Assembly: GCA_951406725.2 (NCBI GenBank)
Contig: OX597828.1
Coordinates: 30,008,001 to 30,072,000, forward strand
Origin: Octopus vulgaris
Taxonomy: Eukaryota
Length of the DNA: 64,000 nt
Direction: 5' to 3'
The notes under the pieces were generated by a model. That model ran no database searches and had not been told where the DNA came from. It saw only the letters and a list, made by a program, of their open reading frames with translations. Both the position numbers and the translations under genes were made by a program. Every line of letters begins with the position of its first letter. Position 1 is the stretch's first letter. Positions 43,685 through 55,253 of the stretch are shown piece by piece.

Positions 43685-43913
43685 TTTGGTCGTTAGCACG
43701 ACGGGCGAAATGCTTAGCGGTACTTCGCCTGCCGCTACGTTCTAAGTTCTAAGTTCAAAATCCGCCGAGGTCGACTTTGCCTTTCATCCTTTCGGGGTCG
43801 ATAAATTAAGCACCAGTTACGCACTGGGGTCGATGAATCGACTTAATACATATGTCTGTCCTTGCTTGTCCCGTCTATGTTTAGCCCCTTGTATATACCT
43901 ATAAAGAAATAGG
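43685..43913 (+). mobile_element. SINE family B copy
   Basis: CGTTAGCACGACGGGCGAAATGC...GAGGTCGACTTTGCCTTTCATCCTTTCGGGGTCGATAAATT...AAAGAAATAGG. Confidence 0.9.
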
Positions 43914-44058
43914 TATATACACTGAACTGTCATGTTAGTTTGACGATAACTGTTAATACCCAGTACTGCAGCCGTAGTCTCCTTTAGAGAGATTTAGAAA
44001 TAATAATATTTTTATTTTTGAAACCCATGGGATGTGTTCCACTAAGTATATATAAATA

Positions 44059-44288
44059 AACCTTCGAACAGGCAACAGCGACACCTGCTGGGTTCGGCTA
44101 CTCCACATTGATAAGGGGATAATTCCCCGAAACTAGTGTGTGGTTGTTGAATCAGCAAGGGAAAGCTGATGACAGCCTCTGTTTGAAGGTTATAATGGGC
44201 ATAGTTTTGTGTCACATAGAGGCGATGGCCTGTTAGAGCAGCATTCGTCCTATTTTTCTGAACTGCCATGTTAGCTTGTCGATAGCTA
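44059..44288 (+). mobile_element. Penelope-pLTR-like unit with degenerate minimal hammerhead
   Basis: CCACA-TTGATAA-GGGGA-TAAT-TCCCC-GAAAC-TA-GTG-TGTGG at 44103-44143; homologous inverted copy at 45098-45285. Confidence 0.7.
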
Positions 44289-44298
44289 TTAATAACCA

Positions 44299-44371
<73 letters not shown>

Positions 44372-44378
44372 TAATAAA

Positions 44379-44416
<38 letters not shown>

Positions 44417-44515
44417 TAATAATAAAAATGATAAACATATATATATACACGCAGATATTATCTCTCACACACACACACACATATATATTTACACATACAC
44501 ACCCATATATATAGA

Positions 44516-45056
44516 CGAGGGTCAGTCAAAAGGTAATGCTGTTTTTTTTAGGACAGGTATAATTACCAACACAGGATTATGCATTATACATCAAAATGAA
44601 GCTGGTCCTCTGTGGATCACATCCCTACTCCTCAACATAGTTACCGTTTCTCTGAATAGCGATGTTCCACTTCCGAATGAGAGCATGTATCCCTGCCCCG
44701 TAAAATTCTGTTGACTGTTCTTTGAGCCACTTCTTCAACACAGTTTCCACTTCCTCGTCACTGGAATATCATCTATTCGGCCCCATGAAAGAAGTTTTGA
44801 GAAGCAAACATTATTCCAGTGACGAAGAAGTGAAAACTGTAGTGAAGAAGTGGCTCAAAGAACAGTCAACAAAATTTTACGGGGCAGGGATACATGGTCT
44901 CATTCGAAGGTGGAACATTGATATTGAGAAAAACGGTCACTGTGTCGAGAAGTGGGATATGATCCGTAGAGGACCAGCTTCCTTTTGATGTATGTTCCTG
45001 TGTTGGTAATTATAACTGTCTTAAACAAAATGTCATTACTTTTTGACTCACCCTCA
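44516..45056. mobile_element. Palindromic mariner-derived MITE (two 3' ends back to back)
   Basis: Arms 44516-44768 and 44812-45056 are imperfect reverse complements; encodes the mariner C-terminus YHLFGPMKEVLRSKHYSSDEEVKTVVKKWL...RRW; CGAGGGT-type TIR. Confidence 0.9.
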
Positions 45057-45067
45057 TATATATATAC

Positions 45068-45097
<30 letters not shown>

Positions 45098-45098
<1 letters not shown>

Positions 45099-45285
45099 GT
45101 TATCGCCAAACTAACATGTCAGTCAACAAAAATACGACGAATGTTGCCGTTGATTAGCTCCAACGGGCCATCGCCTCTAGCTAACTATGTGACACACAAA
45201 CCTGTGTCCATTACAACCTTCGAACAGGGTAGGTCATCAGCTTCCCCATGCTGGTTCAGACATCCACATACTATTTTCTGGGTAT
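45098..45285 (-). mobile_element. Inverted partner of 44059-44288
   Basis: Minus strand GAAAATAGTATGTGG...GGAAGCTGATGAC...GAGGCGATGGCC...CATGTTAGTTTGGCGATAACT. Confidence 0.75.
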
Positions 45286-45861
45286 ACACACACACACAGA
45301 CACACATATATATGTGTGTAGACACACATGCACACACAAACACACGCACAGACAGAAATATATATATATATAGACATATAGATAAACACGTATTTATATA
45401 GATATACATACACAAACCTATACATATATGTATATAATATACATATATGTATATATACCAGTAAGTGTATACCTATACGTACCGATATATATTTATATGC
45501 ATTTGTGTATGGTAGGCAGCCAAAGACGCAGGATGTGTTTTACATAGCTCTGGCCACTCAATAGCCAAAGAAACAGAACTCAACTCAGAATAGGGGAAAT
45601 TTCCTTTAATTCCAATCTCAAAATTTCCGAAATTTATGATTTTATAAATATTAAGCAACTCTCGGAAGATACGGTTCACTGAGTGAGAACATAAATTTTA
45701 TCAACTGAAAGATATTTCAACATTAACCTTAAAACTGGACTCGTGAGTACACTGTTCATTTCTCTTGATTTGTTTCAAAGACACAGTTAATACCTCTCTA
45801 CCTGTATTAAATACATTCAATCCACACACATTCACTCATATATATCTACACACTCTTATTT

Positions 45862-46680
45862 TATAGTGTTGACAACTAAGTTCCCAACGTTTTTCTTTTA
45901 ATTTTGGAATTTATTGCGTTTTTAAATTTTGGAATCTATTTTTTTCTAGAATTCTATCTTTGAATCATTTTGGAAAATTTTGGTATTTTTTCTAGTTAAA
46001 TTTAGTTAATTTTTGTTTATTTTCTGATCATTAAAAAGGAATGTCAAGTTAAAAAAAAACGAGCATTTTCGACACCTCCTCCTTTTTGCTTTTACTGAAA
46101 GTTCTAAGGTCGCGAAAGCTGCTCGCGACATTTGTGCTGCGTATGGAGAGGGTGCCATAGCTGAAAGAACCGCTCATGATTGGTATGCCAAGTTAAAAAA
46201 ATGGAAATTTTAACCTCAAAGATGCATCTCGTTCTGGCAGTACGGTTGAGATCGATGAAGAGCGATTAAATCAACTTTTACACGAAAATTCTCGTCAAAT
46301 GACACAGGAACTGGCAAAGAAAATGGAATGCTCCCACACTACTATAGAGAAGCATCTTCACCTGATGAGAAAGGTTCTGAAGTATGCAGCATGGGTTCAG
46401 CATGCTTTAAGTGACAACAACAAAAATCAACGAGCCACAATCTCTGCTGCTTTGCTTGCTCGTCACCGATCACCTCATGAACACTAGCAACGATTACTTT
46501 ACTGAATCGTTACTGGCCACGAAAAATGGTGCATGTACATCAATATGAAGCAGCGTAAGGAATGGCTTAGCCCCAGTAAACAAACGACGCCGCGTGTGAG
46601 ACAAGATCTTCATCCGCGTAAAACGATGTTATGCGTATGGTGGGACTGAGAAGGAATTATCTATTACGAATTACTTGAAT
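45862..46680 (+). mobile_element. Mariner transposon 5' two-thirds, pseudogenised
   Basis: EHFRHLLLFAF...AARDICAAYGEGAIAERT..W, WVQHALS (WVPHEL-like), IVTGHEKW (TGDEKW-like), LCVWWD, IIYYELL; in-frame stops; truncated at microsatellite. Confidence 0.92.
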
Positions 46681-46723
46681 GTATATGTATATGTACGTCT
46701 GTGTTTATGTATATGCATTTGTA

Positions 46724-46796
<73 letters not shown>

Positions 46797-46798
<2 letters not shown>

Positions 46799-47725
46799 GT
46801 TCCGTAATGAAAGGAACTGTTTAACGCAGCTCTTGTATCACGTTGGTGACCTTTTGAGAGTTTTGGGAGAGGACCCCAATACCAATGTCACCTATTTTGA
46901 TTTTAGCATGACATTTGACAGGGTTGATCATAAGATTCTTTCGAAGAGGCTATCCAACATTGGTGTCGTTGGAATGTTTCTAAAATGGTTCAAGTGTTTG
47001 TTGACAGATAGAGCCCAACATTTTGTAGTCGAAGGAGTAAAATCAAGCCCAGCCAAATTCAGTAGTGTGTTCCTCAAGGCACTGTATTGAGCCCACTTAT
47101 TTTCATCATCTATATCAATGACATTACTGACATCATCAAGCACAGCCACATAAGAATCTTTTCAGGTGATTCCAAGGTTCAGAAGACTATGAATGAAGTG
47201 GGTGACCGAACATGCCATCAGTCCAACCTATTGGTTGTCATCCAATGGGCGGAAAATAATAATATACTGCTAAACGAGGAGCAATTTGAGTTAATCCACT
47301 CGGGAAAAAAAGATACCCTGAAAATCCCTTCCTTCAGGTGAAACTTTCATGACATCCAAGAACATCAGACACTTGGGTGTAATTGTGGACAATAACATAA
47401 GCTGGGCCGCTCATATAACCAGTAAAGTTGACATGGCACACAGGGTGTGTTCATGGATTCTCAGAACTTTCCAGTCGAAAGATATCCACACCATCATCCT
47501 TCTCTTCTCTACTTTTGCCCGATCCCACTTTGAATACTTTGCCCACTGTGGTCTCCCCACACGAAATAATGTATCATGAAAGTTGAAGCACATCAAAGGT
47601 GAATTACAAAACAGATAATTGGCATGACAGGCCTTGACTATTGGGGGTCGACTAGAAAAGCTCAAGCTTTATTCTGCCCAACGTCGCCGTGAGCGCTACA
47701 TCATTCGTGTGATGTGGAAAATATT
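46797..47725 (+). pseudogene. CR1/L2-type RT remnant
   Basis: [55 protein letters not shown] (FADD-like), HLGVIVD; frameshifts. Confidence 0.9.
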
Positions 47726-47729
47726 AGCA

Positions 47730-49500
47730 GAATCGTAAACAAATAGTCCAGAGATTAACTGTCTGTGCAGTTTCAAATCTATATTCTGTCGAGTTAGTTC
47801 TGCCAGGGAAGGTGTATACAGAAACTCTTTCAAAATCTGTGTAAAAGTGATGCCAAGAAACAAATAACTGTAAGACAAATGGAAACAAAATGTGTGAGAT
47901 AAGATATCGAGAAGTAGTACATATATATAAGCTTTCGTATCGTGAGAACGCGTAAAAAATTAATTTGTTAGACTCTGCAATTCCCTAGAGTTGAAAAACT
48001 TAAGAAATATCAGGATTTTTCCATTGAGTGGAAGAGACTGGAATACTAAGGCAAGACATATTCCGGTGGTAATTGTTGTACCTGTCACAACATGCAAACT
48101 ACGCCCTAAAAGGCAAAAAAAAGACTTTGGAATTAAGACTTGCAGCCGACGAGGATAGATCTATATCCTGTATTCTGCAAGACATGCTAAGAAAAATTCT
48201 TCAGATTGGTGGAGATTTACTGTCACCAAACTTCAAGATAACTTTCCTTCTAATTAAAATAGTTTGTACTAGCTTGATAATCAAAATATCATTGGATTTA
48301 ACCGAGAAAAAATCAATAGGAGTTTTCAGGTCTGAGAATGCGCCAAAACAACATTGAAGAGAGCAAAATTAATTAGAACACTAATATCATGCTAGTTATA
48401 GAAGATAAGATAAGAGAAGCGGACCAAACACAAATAATTAAGAATCAATGAGCTAGACAATGTACAAAACACGGAAAGGAAAGAAACGATTAGGAATATT
48501 ATTGATTAATACTCATTCGATTGAACTCGTTAGATTAATATTTAAAACAAAGCCAAATGCGTGGCATAAAGTAATAGCCATTAGTGCACTAGGTGTCCGA
48601 ATGAAGATAATAGATAAAATATTCACTGTTGATCTCTCTAAACGACCAACTAATACTACAGTGTAAAACAAGGGAAACGATGAATGCATTTAAAATCGTA
48701 GAAACATTATATTTAGCAAGAACATCAGTTTTGAGTGACCTTTTGCCACAAGGCAACTATTACAAAATATCTGCCATAAAACTACAAAAATAGCAAGCAA
48801 TGAAGCATGGAAAATTAATACAGATACCTACAATACATAGACAAAACAAAACCATTTCCGTCCTGAAAGCCAATAAATGCAAAACAGCATCCAAAATATT
48901 TATGCAGAGAAATGAAAATGCGTACAGTTTGTGAAACTGCAAAAGACTAAGGAGAAATGTTGCTGCAGAATTCATTGTTAGAGCGGCGTTAAGAGAACCC
49001 CTGCATGGCCAATACGAGACAAACCCGAAGAGGCTGTATGTAGATGAGAAAAAGTGCCCAATACTGGCGACTCAAAATATATACTGAATGGTCTTGATTG
49101 CTGTACAAGACTAAATTCTCTACAGCAGATGTAATCCATGAGAAGCACTTTAATGAGGGCAGAATTAGAGATAGTGAAGAAACAATTAGCTACACTATCT
49201 CGGGATGCCCAGTGTTTTGCGATAAAAATACACTCACAGAACCTACGTAGATGGGATATATACTGGAATTTATGCCAGAACTCTTAAATGCTAACAAAAA
49301 AGAGGTGGTTTAGGGATATAACTGAACAGGTTTCCGAGAATTGCGTAGCTGCCATACGCTGAAAAATTTTCACAAAACACACAGATGAATACATAACTTA
49401 AAGCTGATGACTAGCAAATAAGTGTAATTATATTGAAAATAGTAGCCCTATTTCCTGTATAATCAACTAGAGCATATTCAATACGCTGAAAGTATCCAAA
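47730..49500 (+). pseudogene. Very degenerate R4/Dong-type LINE
   Basis: VRLIFKTKPNAWHKVIAISALGV, PLHGQY, ETISYTISGCPV, IYWNLCQ motifs; boundaries approximate. Confidence 0.7.
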
Positions 49501-52041
49501 CCAGAAAATGTGCGTACGTGTGGCTGTGTGGTTAAGATGCTTCATCCGCAATCACATAATCTCAAGTATTGTGCAACATATTGGTCAAGTGTCTTCCTCT
49601 ATAGTCCTGGACAGACCAATGCTTTCTGAGTGATCTTGATAGACGTAAACGGAGTGGAAGCTTGTGTTCATAGGTATATAAGTGTATGACTTCGTGTTTG
49701 TGTTTGACAAAAGTTATTGGCAGTCGCTGTTGGTGCGTTTATGTCAGGTACTTAGAACTTTGGCATAACTAAGCGACAGAATAAGTACTAGAGTATGGAA
49801 TAAGTAACAGGGTCGATTTGTTCGATTAGACCCTTTAAGGGAGTGCCCCACCATAGCCCCAGCTCAATGAGTGAAATATGTAAATGAGAATTGTAGATAA
49901 CCAATGAACAACGAGTTGCGTTCACCACTACAGTAAAAGCATGGAACAGAAATGTTATTACAGAATAAAATATGTTGGACATCCAGGATATTTTGCCTAA
50001 TCTTACACCATGGCGTTGGCGCGCAAATAACCTACTCTATGTATGGTCGTTCAGGCTGCAAAAATTAAGTGCCTTATCCACGTCAATTTCGCATAACTGA
50101 CGTCTTAAATAATGATTATATTTCATTTATTTCAGTCACCAGACTACAACAAATGCTGCATTATCACATTGAAAGGTTTAACCAAACAAATCTATGCCAG
50201 GACCTATTTCAGATCTCAGTACCTATTTTGCTGAATACCTGAGTCTCGGGAAATTAATCGAGTCAACACCGATTTTCAAGCGCTGATGGGAACAAATACA
50301 CACAAACACACAACACAAATAAACATACACACATACATACACACATTTATACATTACAACGAACTTCCACTCAATCTAACCTCTACGAAATTCATTTACA
50401 AATGTTTTCTCAGCCAAGGGCTATCATAAAAGAGTCTTGCCCAAAATACCGTGCAGTGGGACTGAAAACAAATTATGTGGTTACATAGCAAACTTCATAC
50501 GTACACATCCATGCCTTTTGGTATACGTATTGTACCTACACTCACGAGAGGTCTGTCTATATATACTGAATGGTCTTGATTGCTGTACAAGACTAAATTC
50601 TCTACAGCAGATGTAATCCACGAGAAGCACTTAATGAGGGCAGAATTAGAGATAGTGAAGAAACAATTAGCTACACTATCTCGGGATGCCCAGTGTTTTG
50701 CGATAAAAATACACTCACAGAACCTACGTAGATGGGATATATACTGGAATTTATGCCAGAACTCTTAAATGCTAACAAAAAAGAGGTGGTTTAGGGATAT
50801 AACTGAACAGGTTTCCGAGAATTGCGTAGCTGCCATACGCTGAAAAATTTTCACAAAACACACAGATGAATACATAACTTAAAGCTGATGACTAGCAAAT
50901 AAGTGTAATTATATTGAAAATAGTAGCCCTATTTCCTGTATAATCAACTAGAGCATATTCAATACGCTGAAAGTATCCAAACCAGAAAATGTGCGTACGT
51001 GTGGCTGTGTGGTTAAGATGCTTCATCCGCAATCACATAATCTCAAGTATTGTGCAACATATTGGTCAAGTGTCTTCCTCTATAGTCCTGGACAGACCAA
51101 TGCTTTCTGAGTGATCTTGATAGACGTAAACGGAGTGGAAGCTTGTGTTCATAGGTATATAAGTGTATGACTTCGTGTTTGTGTTTGACAAAAGTTATTG
51201 GCAGTCGCTGTTGGTGCGTTTATGTCAGGTACTTAGAACTTTGGCATAACTAAGCGACAGAATAAGTACTAGAGTATGGAATAAGTAACAGGGTCGATTT
51301 GTTCGATTAGACCCTTTAAGGGAGTGCCCCACCATAGCCCCAGCTCAATGAGTGAAATATGTAAATGAGAATTGTAGATAACCAATGAACAACGAGTTGC
51401 GTTCACCACTACAGTAAAAGCATGGAACAGAAATGTTATTACAGAATAAAATATGTTGGACATCCAGGATATTTTGCCTAATCTTACACCATGGTGTTGG
51501 CGCGCAAATAACCTACTCTATGTATGGTCGTTCAGGCTGCAAAAATTAAGTGCCTTATCCACGTCAATTTCGCATAACTGACGTCTTAAATAATGATTAT
51601 ATTTCATTTATTTCAGTCACCAGACTACAACAAATGCTGCATTATCACATTGAAAGGTTTAACCAAACAAATCTATGCCAGGACCTATTTCAGATCTCAG
51701 TACCTATTTTGCTGAATACCTGAGTCTCGGGAAATTAATCGAGTCAACACCGGTTTTCAAGCGCTGATGGGAACAAATACACACAAACACACAACACAAA
51801 TAAACATACACACATACATACACACATTTATACATTACAACGAACTTCCACTCAATCAACCTCTACGAAATTCATTTACAAATGTTTTCTCAGCCAAGGG
51901 CTATCATAAAAGAGTCTTGCCCAAAATACCGTGCAGTGGGACTGAAAACAAATTATGTGGTTACATAGCAAACTTCATACGTACACATCCATGCCTTTTG
52001 GTATACGTATTGTACCTACACTCACGAGAGGTCTGTCTATA
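49077..52041. repeat. ~1.48-kb direct tandem duplication (49077-50558 / 50559-52041)
   Basis: Identical 64-aa ORFs at 49788 and 51269; about 5 differences seen (3 substitutions, 2 single-base indels); ATA microhomology at the junction; each unit holds two degenerate family A SINEs (about 49513-49890 plus, 50122-50516 minus). Confidence 0.97.
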
Positions 52042-52042
52042 C

Positions 52043-52105
52043 CAGTGCTTCCCAACCAGGGGGTCAGAAAAGGTAGTACTGGGGGCCCGCGAACTAAATT
52101 CAAAC

Positions 52106-52178
<73 letters not shown>

Positions 52179-52473
52179 TAGTTGAATGAATTATCTTAGT
52201 GTGGATAATTCGGTTAACCGATACCTGGGTAGCAAATTCACGTCAGAAAAACACGGTTGAAGCTACATGCCAAGGGCAGAGATCACGTGCTTTCGTGTGG
52301 AAATTTGTGTGTATTTTTAATACAAATAAATGAAAGAATGGAGTTGAACGACGATTTAACAAAATTCCTTTATCCTCGACATACGTTTCGAAGGCTTTAG
52401 GAATATGCAGCCTTCGAAACATATGTCGAGAATAAAGGAATTTTGTTAAATCGTCGTTCAACTCCATTCTTTC

Positions 52474-52540
<67 letters not shown>

Positions 52541-52634
52541 ATAAACATTAAAAATGGTCCGTGAGAAAAGGCATTTAAATAAAAAAGGTCGGAACCACTT
52601 TTGGTATCAACTGTGAAAAGATCGGGAACCACTG
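52043..52634. mobile_element. hAT (Charlie-like) non-autonomous element
   Basis: TIRs CAGTGCTTCCCAA / ATCGGGAACCACTG; 8-bp TSD GTCTATAC (52035-52042) / GCCTATAC (52635-52642). Confidence 0.85.
52326..52479. repeat. Near-perfect hairpin, 71-bp arms, 12-nt loop
   Basis: 52326-52396 versus 52409-52479 with two mismatches; the right arm contains GAAAC-ATAT-GTC-GAG-AATAAA. Confidence 0.97.
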
Positions 52635-53008
52635 GCCTATACCATCGGATTTGACGTGATTGTGCGATGGAGTGATCAACAATATTTTTCAATAAGGGAA
52701 TTATTTTTATTCCGTATAATATATTTCATGTACAAAGATCTTGTTAGGTACACCCTTTATACGTTTTGTTAAGAAGATTAACTATATACATTACATGAGT
52801 ACATTTATTTGAATCATGGACACGTAAAAGGCCTGTTGACCCAAAAATGGTAACCGAACTACTTATAGAAATGTTGATGCAAATAATCGACGATGCCATA
52901 GAAAGCTTTTAGCATAGGGAAGTAAATGGCTTCATGACAAATTTTCATATCTCTTTCTATCTTCAAGTTCTCCCCTCTCTCTCACCACGTTTCGTATGGT
53001 ATATTCTT

Positions 53009-53040
<32 letters not shown>

Positions 53041-53462
53041 GCACACATATGGAATCACATACACATGTACACACACACGCACATTTATGTCCCTGTATAC
53101 GTATGTATACCAACAAATTCTTTCATATACGTACTTATATACATACACACATACACATACACGAATATGAATGTACATACATTCATATCTACATACGCAT
53201 ACAACATTAATACATATATACACATATATGCACATATGCATAAATATATATATATGTAATGCCATTTTAAGTTTATACAGACCATGTTCACATATCTAGA
53301 TAAGTAGGTCTTTTACGTACGTTGAGCAGATTGCAATATGGCGGGGCCAGTTTTCATCATTGTAAATGTTTATTAAATCCGTATTACTTCGAAATGCACG
53401 TTTAATCACTTTAAACTTATGAAGTTTATGTACAAAATTTAATACTCAAATAGCACTGATTG

Positions 53463-53464
<2 letters not shown>

Positions 53465-53538
<74 letters not shown>

Positions 53539-53548
53539 CACCACCACC

Positions 53549-53619
<71 letters not shown>

Positions 53620-53867
53620 CACCACCACCATCAGTATTGTTGCCTTTGCAACTACTAAAACCAACATACTCACATCAACTGTTATTACTGTAGCCATCGG
53701 CGGCAACGCCATCGCTACCATCACTAATACTTCCACAACCACCACCACCATCACCACAACAACAATAACAACAACAGCAGCAATAACTACAACAACAACA
53801 CCACTTTGAACAACATTACCACCAAAACTATCATTAATACTACAACCAGTATCACCACCTCTAATGG

Positions 53868-53905
<38 letters not shown>

Positions 53906-54000
53906 TCACTACCATTCCTAATATTATTACTACTATCACTACTACAACAACAACAACTACTACTACTACTACCACCCCACCACCACCACCACCACCACCC
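53465..54000. repeat. (CTA)n/(CCA)n/(CAA)n compound and degenerate trinucleotide tract
   Basis: Directly visible. Confidence 0.93.
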
Positions 54001-54702
54001 TCGTCACCACGACTTCCACCACTTTCACACACAAATCTAATCCATTTATTTGGATGGCGCTAAATCCTAACGTATAAACTCTGATACGGTCTACCTAGTG
54101 AGCAGGGCTTCCTCAACTAACAAATATATCTGGAAATAGATTAATCTAATAAACGAACTGCCGAACTATTCTCCAGAATCCTAATTCACATCCAACAAAT
54201 CAAAATTTATTTAAATCTATCACAAATGGATGTTTTACGGTTGTGCATATAGGAGTGTGACGATGTATGCAAATGAAACCGTGTGTTCCTGTAAATATAT
54301 CCATGCGTATACATAACGATATATATCTATATCTATCGTTCGATCTATGTATCCTTTTTCCCCTTTTTCCTTCTTTTTTCATTTCTCTTTTCTTTTGTTC
54401 ATTTTCCTTTTCTTTTTTTTCTTTTTATTCTTTATATTTTTAATTTATTTATTTTTTTTTTTTGTTCTTTTCTTCCCTTTTACGATCCCTCTTGATCGAA
54501 AACCTACGCCACCCCCCTTTTTTTTCTTTTGTTTTTTGTTTTTTTTTCATCCCCCAAAAGAAAAGCTCTACCTTGTAACTTGTCCCATCTGTGTGCAGCC
54601 CTGTGTGGCCACTAAAGAAACTTATCCTTCGTAATTTCTATATCTCAGTTTATCTATCTTCCTCTCTCTCTTTCGCTCTCTGTTTCTCACTATGTATATA
54701 TA

Positions 54703-54933
54703 TCTTTGATCTTTCAGTTGTTCCAGTCATCAGACTGTGCTCATGCAGGGGCACTGCGTTAGGATTTTTAGTCGAATGATTCAACCTCCAGTACCTTATT
54801 CTCTCGGTCTCTTTTTCCGCACTGCTAGATAACGGGAAAGCAAACACACCGACACCAGTTATCAAGAGATGATGGTGGAGCAAACACAGACAGACACACA
54901 CATACACACACACGCCCAGACACACACACGCAC

Positions 54934-54977
<44 letters not shown>

Positions 54978-55000
54978 ACGACATGCTTCTTTCAGTTTCC
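54703..55000 (-). mobile_element. SINE family A, 3' half (head lost)
   Basis: CAGTCATCAGACTGTGCTCATGC...(CA)n...CGACATGCTTCTTTCAGTTTCC, then homology stops. Confidence 0.8.
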
Positions 55001-55026
55001 ATCGAAAAATGTTTTCTGTTGGCCGG

Positions 55027-55085
55027 ATAACTGAAGAGATGCCGGCGTGGAAATCCACCCGGGCATTCGAAACTCGGAGTTTTAT
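55027..55085 (+). ncRNA. Candidate minimal type-I hammerhead ribozyme
   Basis: ATAA-CTGAAGA-[GATGCCGGCGTGG AAAT CCACCCGGGCATTC]-GAAAC-TCGGA-GTT-TTAT: all core boxes and three stems are present. Confidence 0.72.
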
Positions 55086-55253
55086 GATTGCTACCGTGAA
55101 CAGTTTCTAGGGGAGTTATATGCTGAGCAAGATAAGGTTCCCAGATTTGTCATTCAAATTAATTGTCACATATTATATTTACAGATAAATTCCTTTATTT
55201 ACATAATAACGAGGTCTCTTTCATTCCTTTTTACCAATATATATACATACATA

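Noticed and set aside
53446-54063. Mucin-like poly-T/P or poly-V ORFs
   Set aside because: Degenerate CTA/CCA/CAA microsatellite open in several frames
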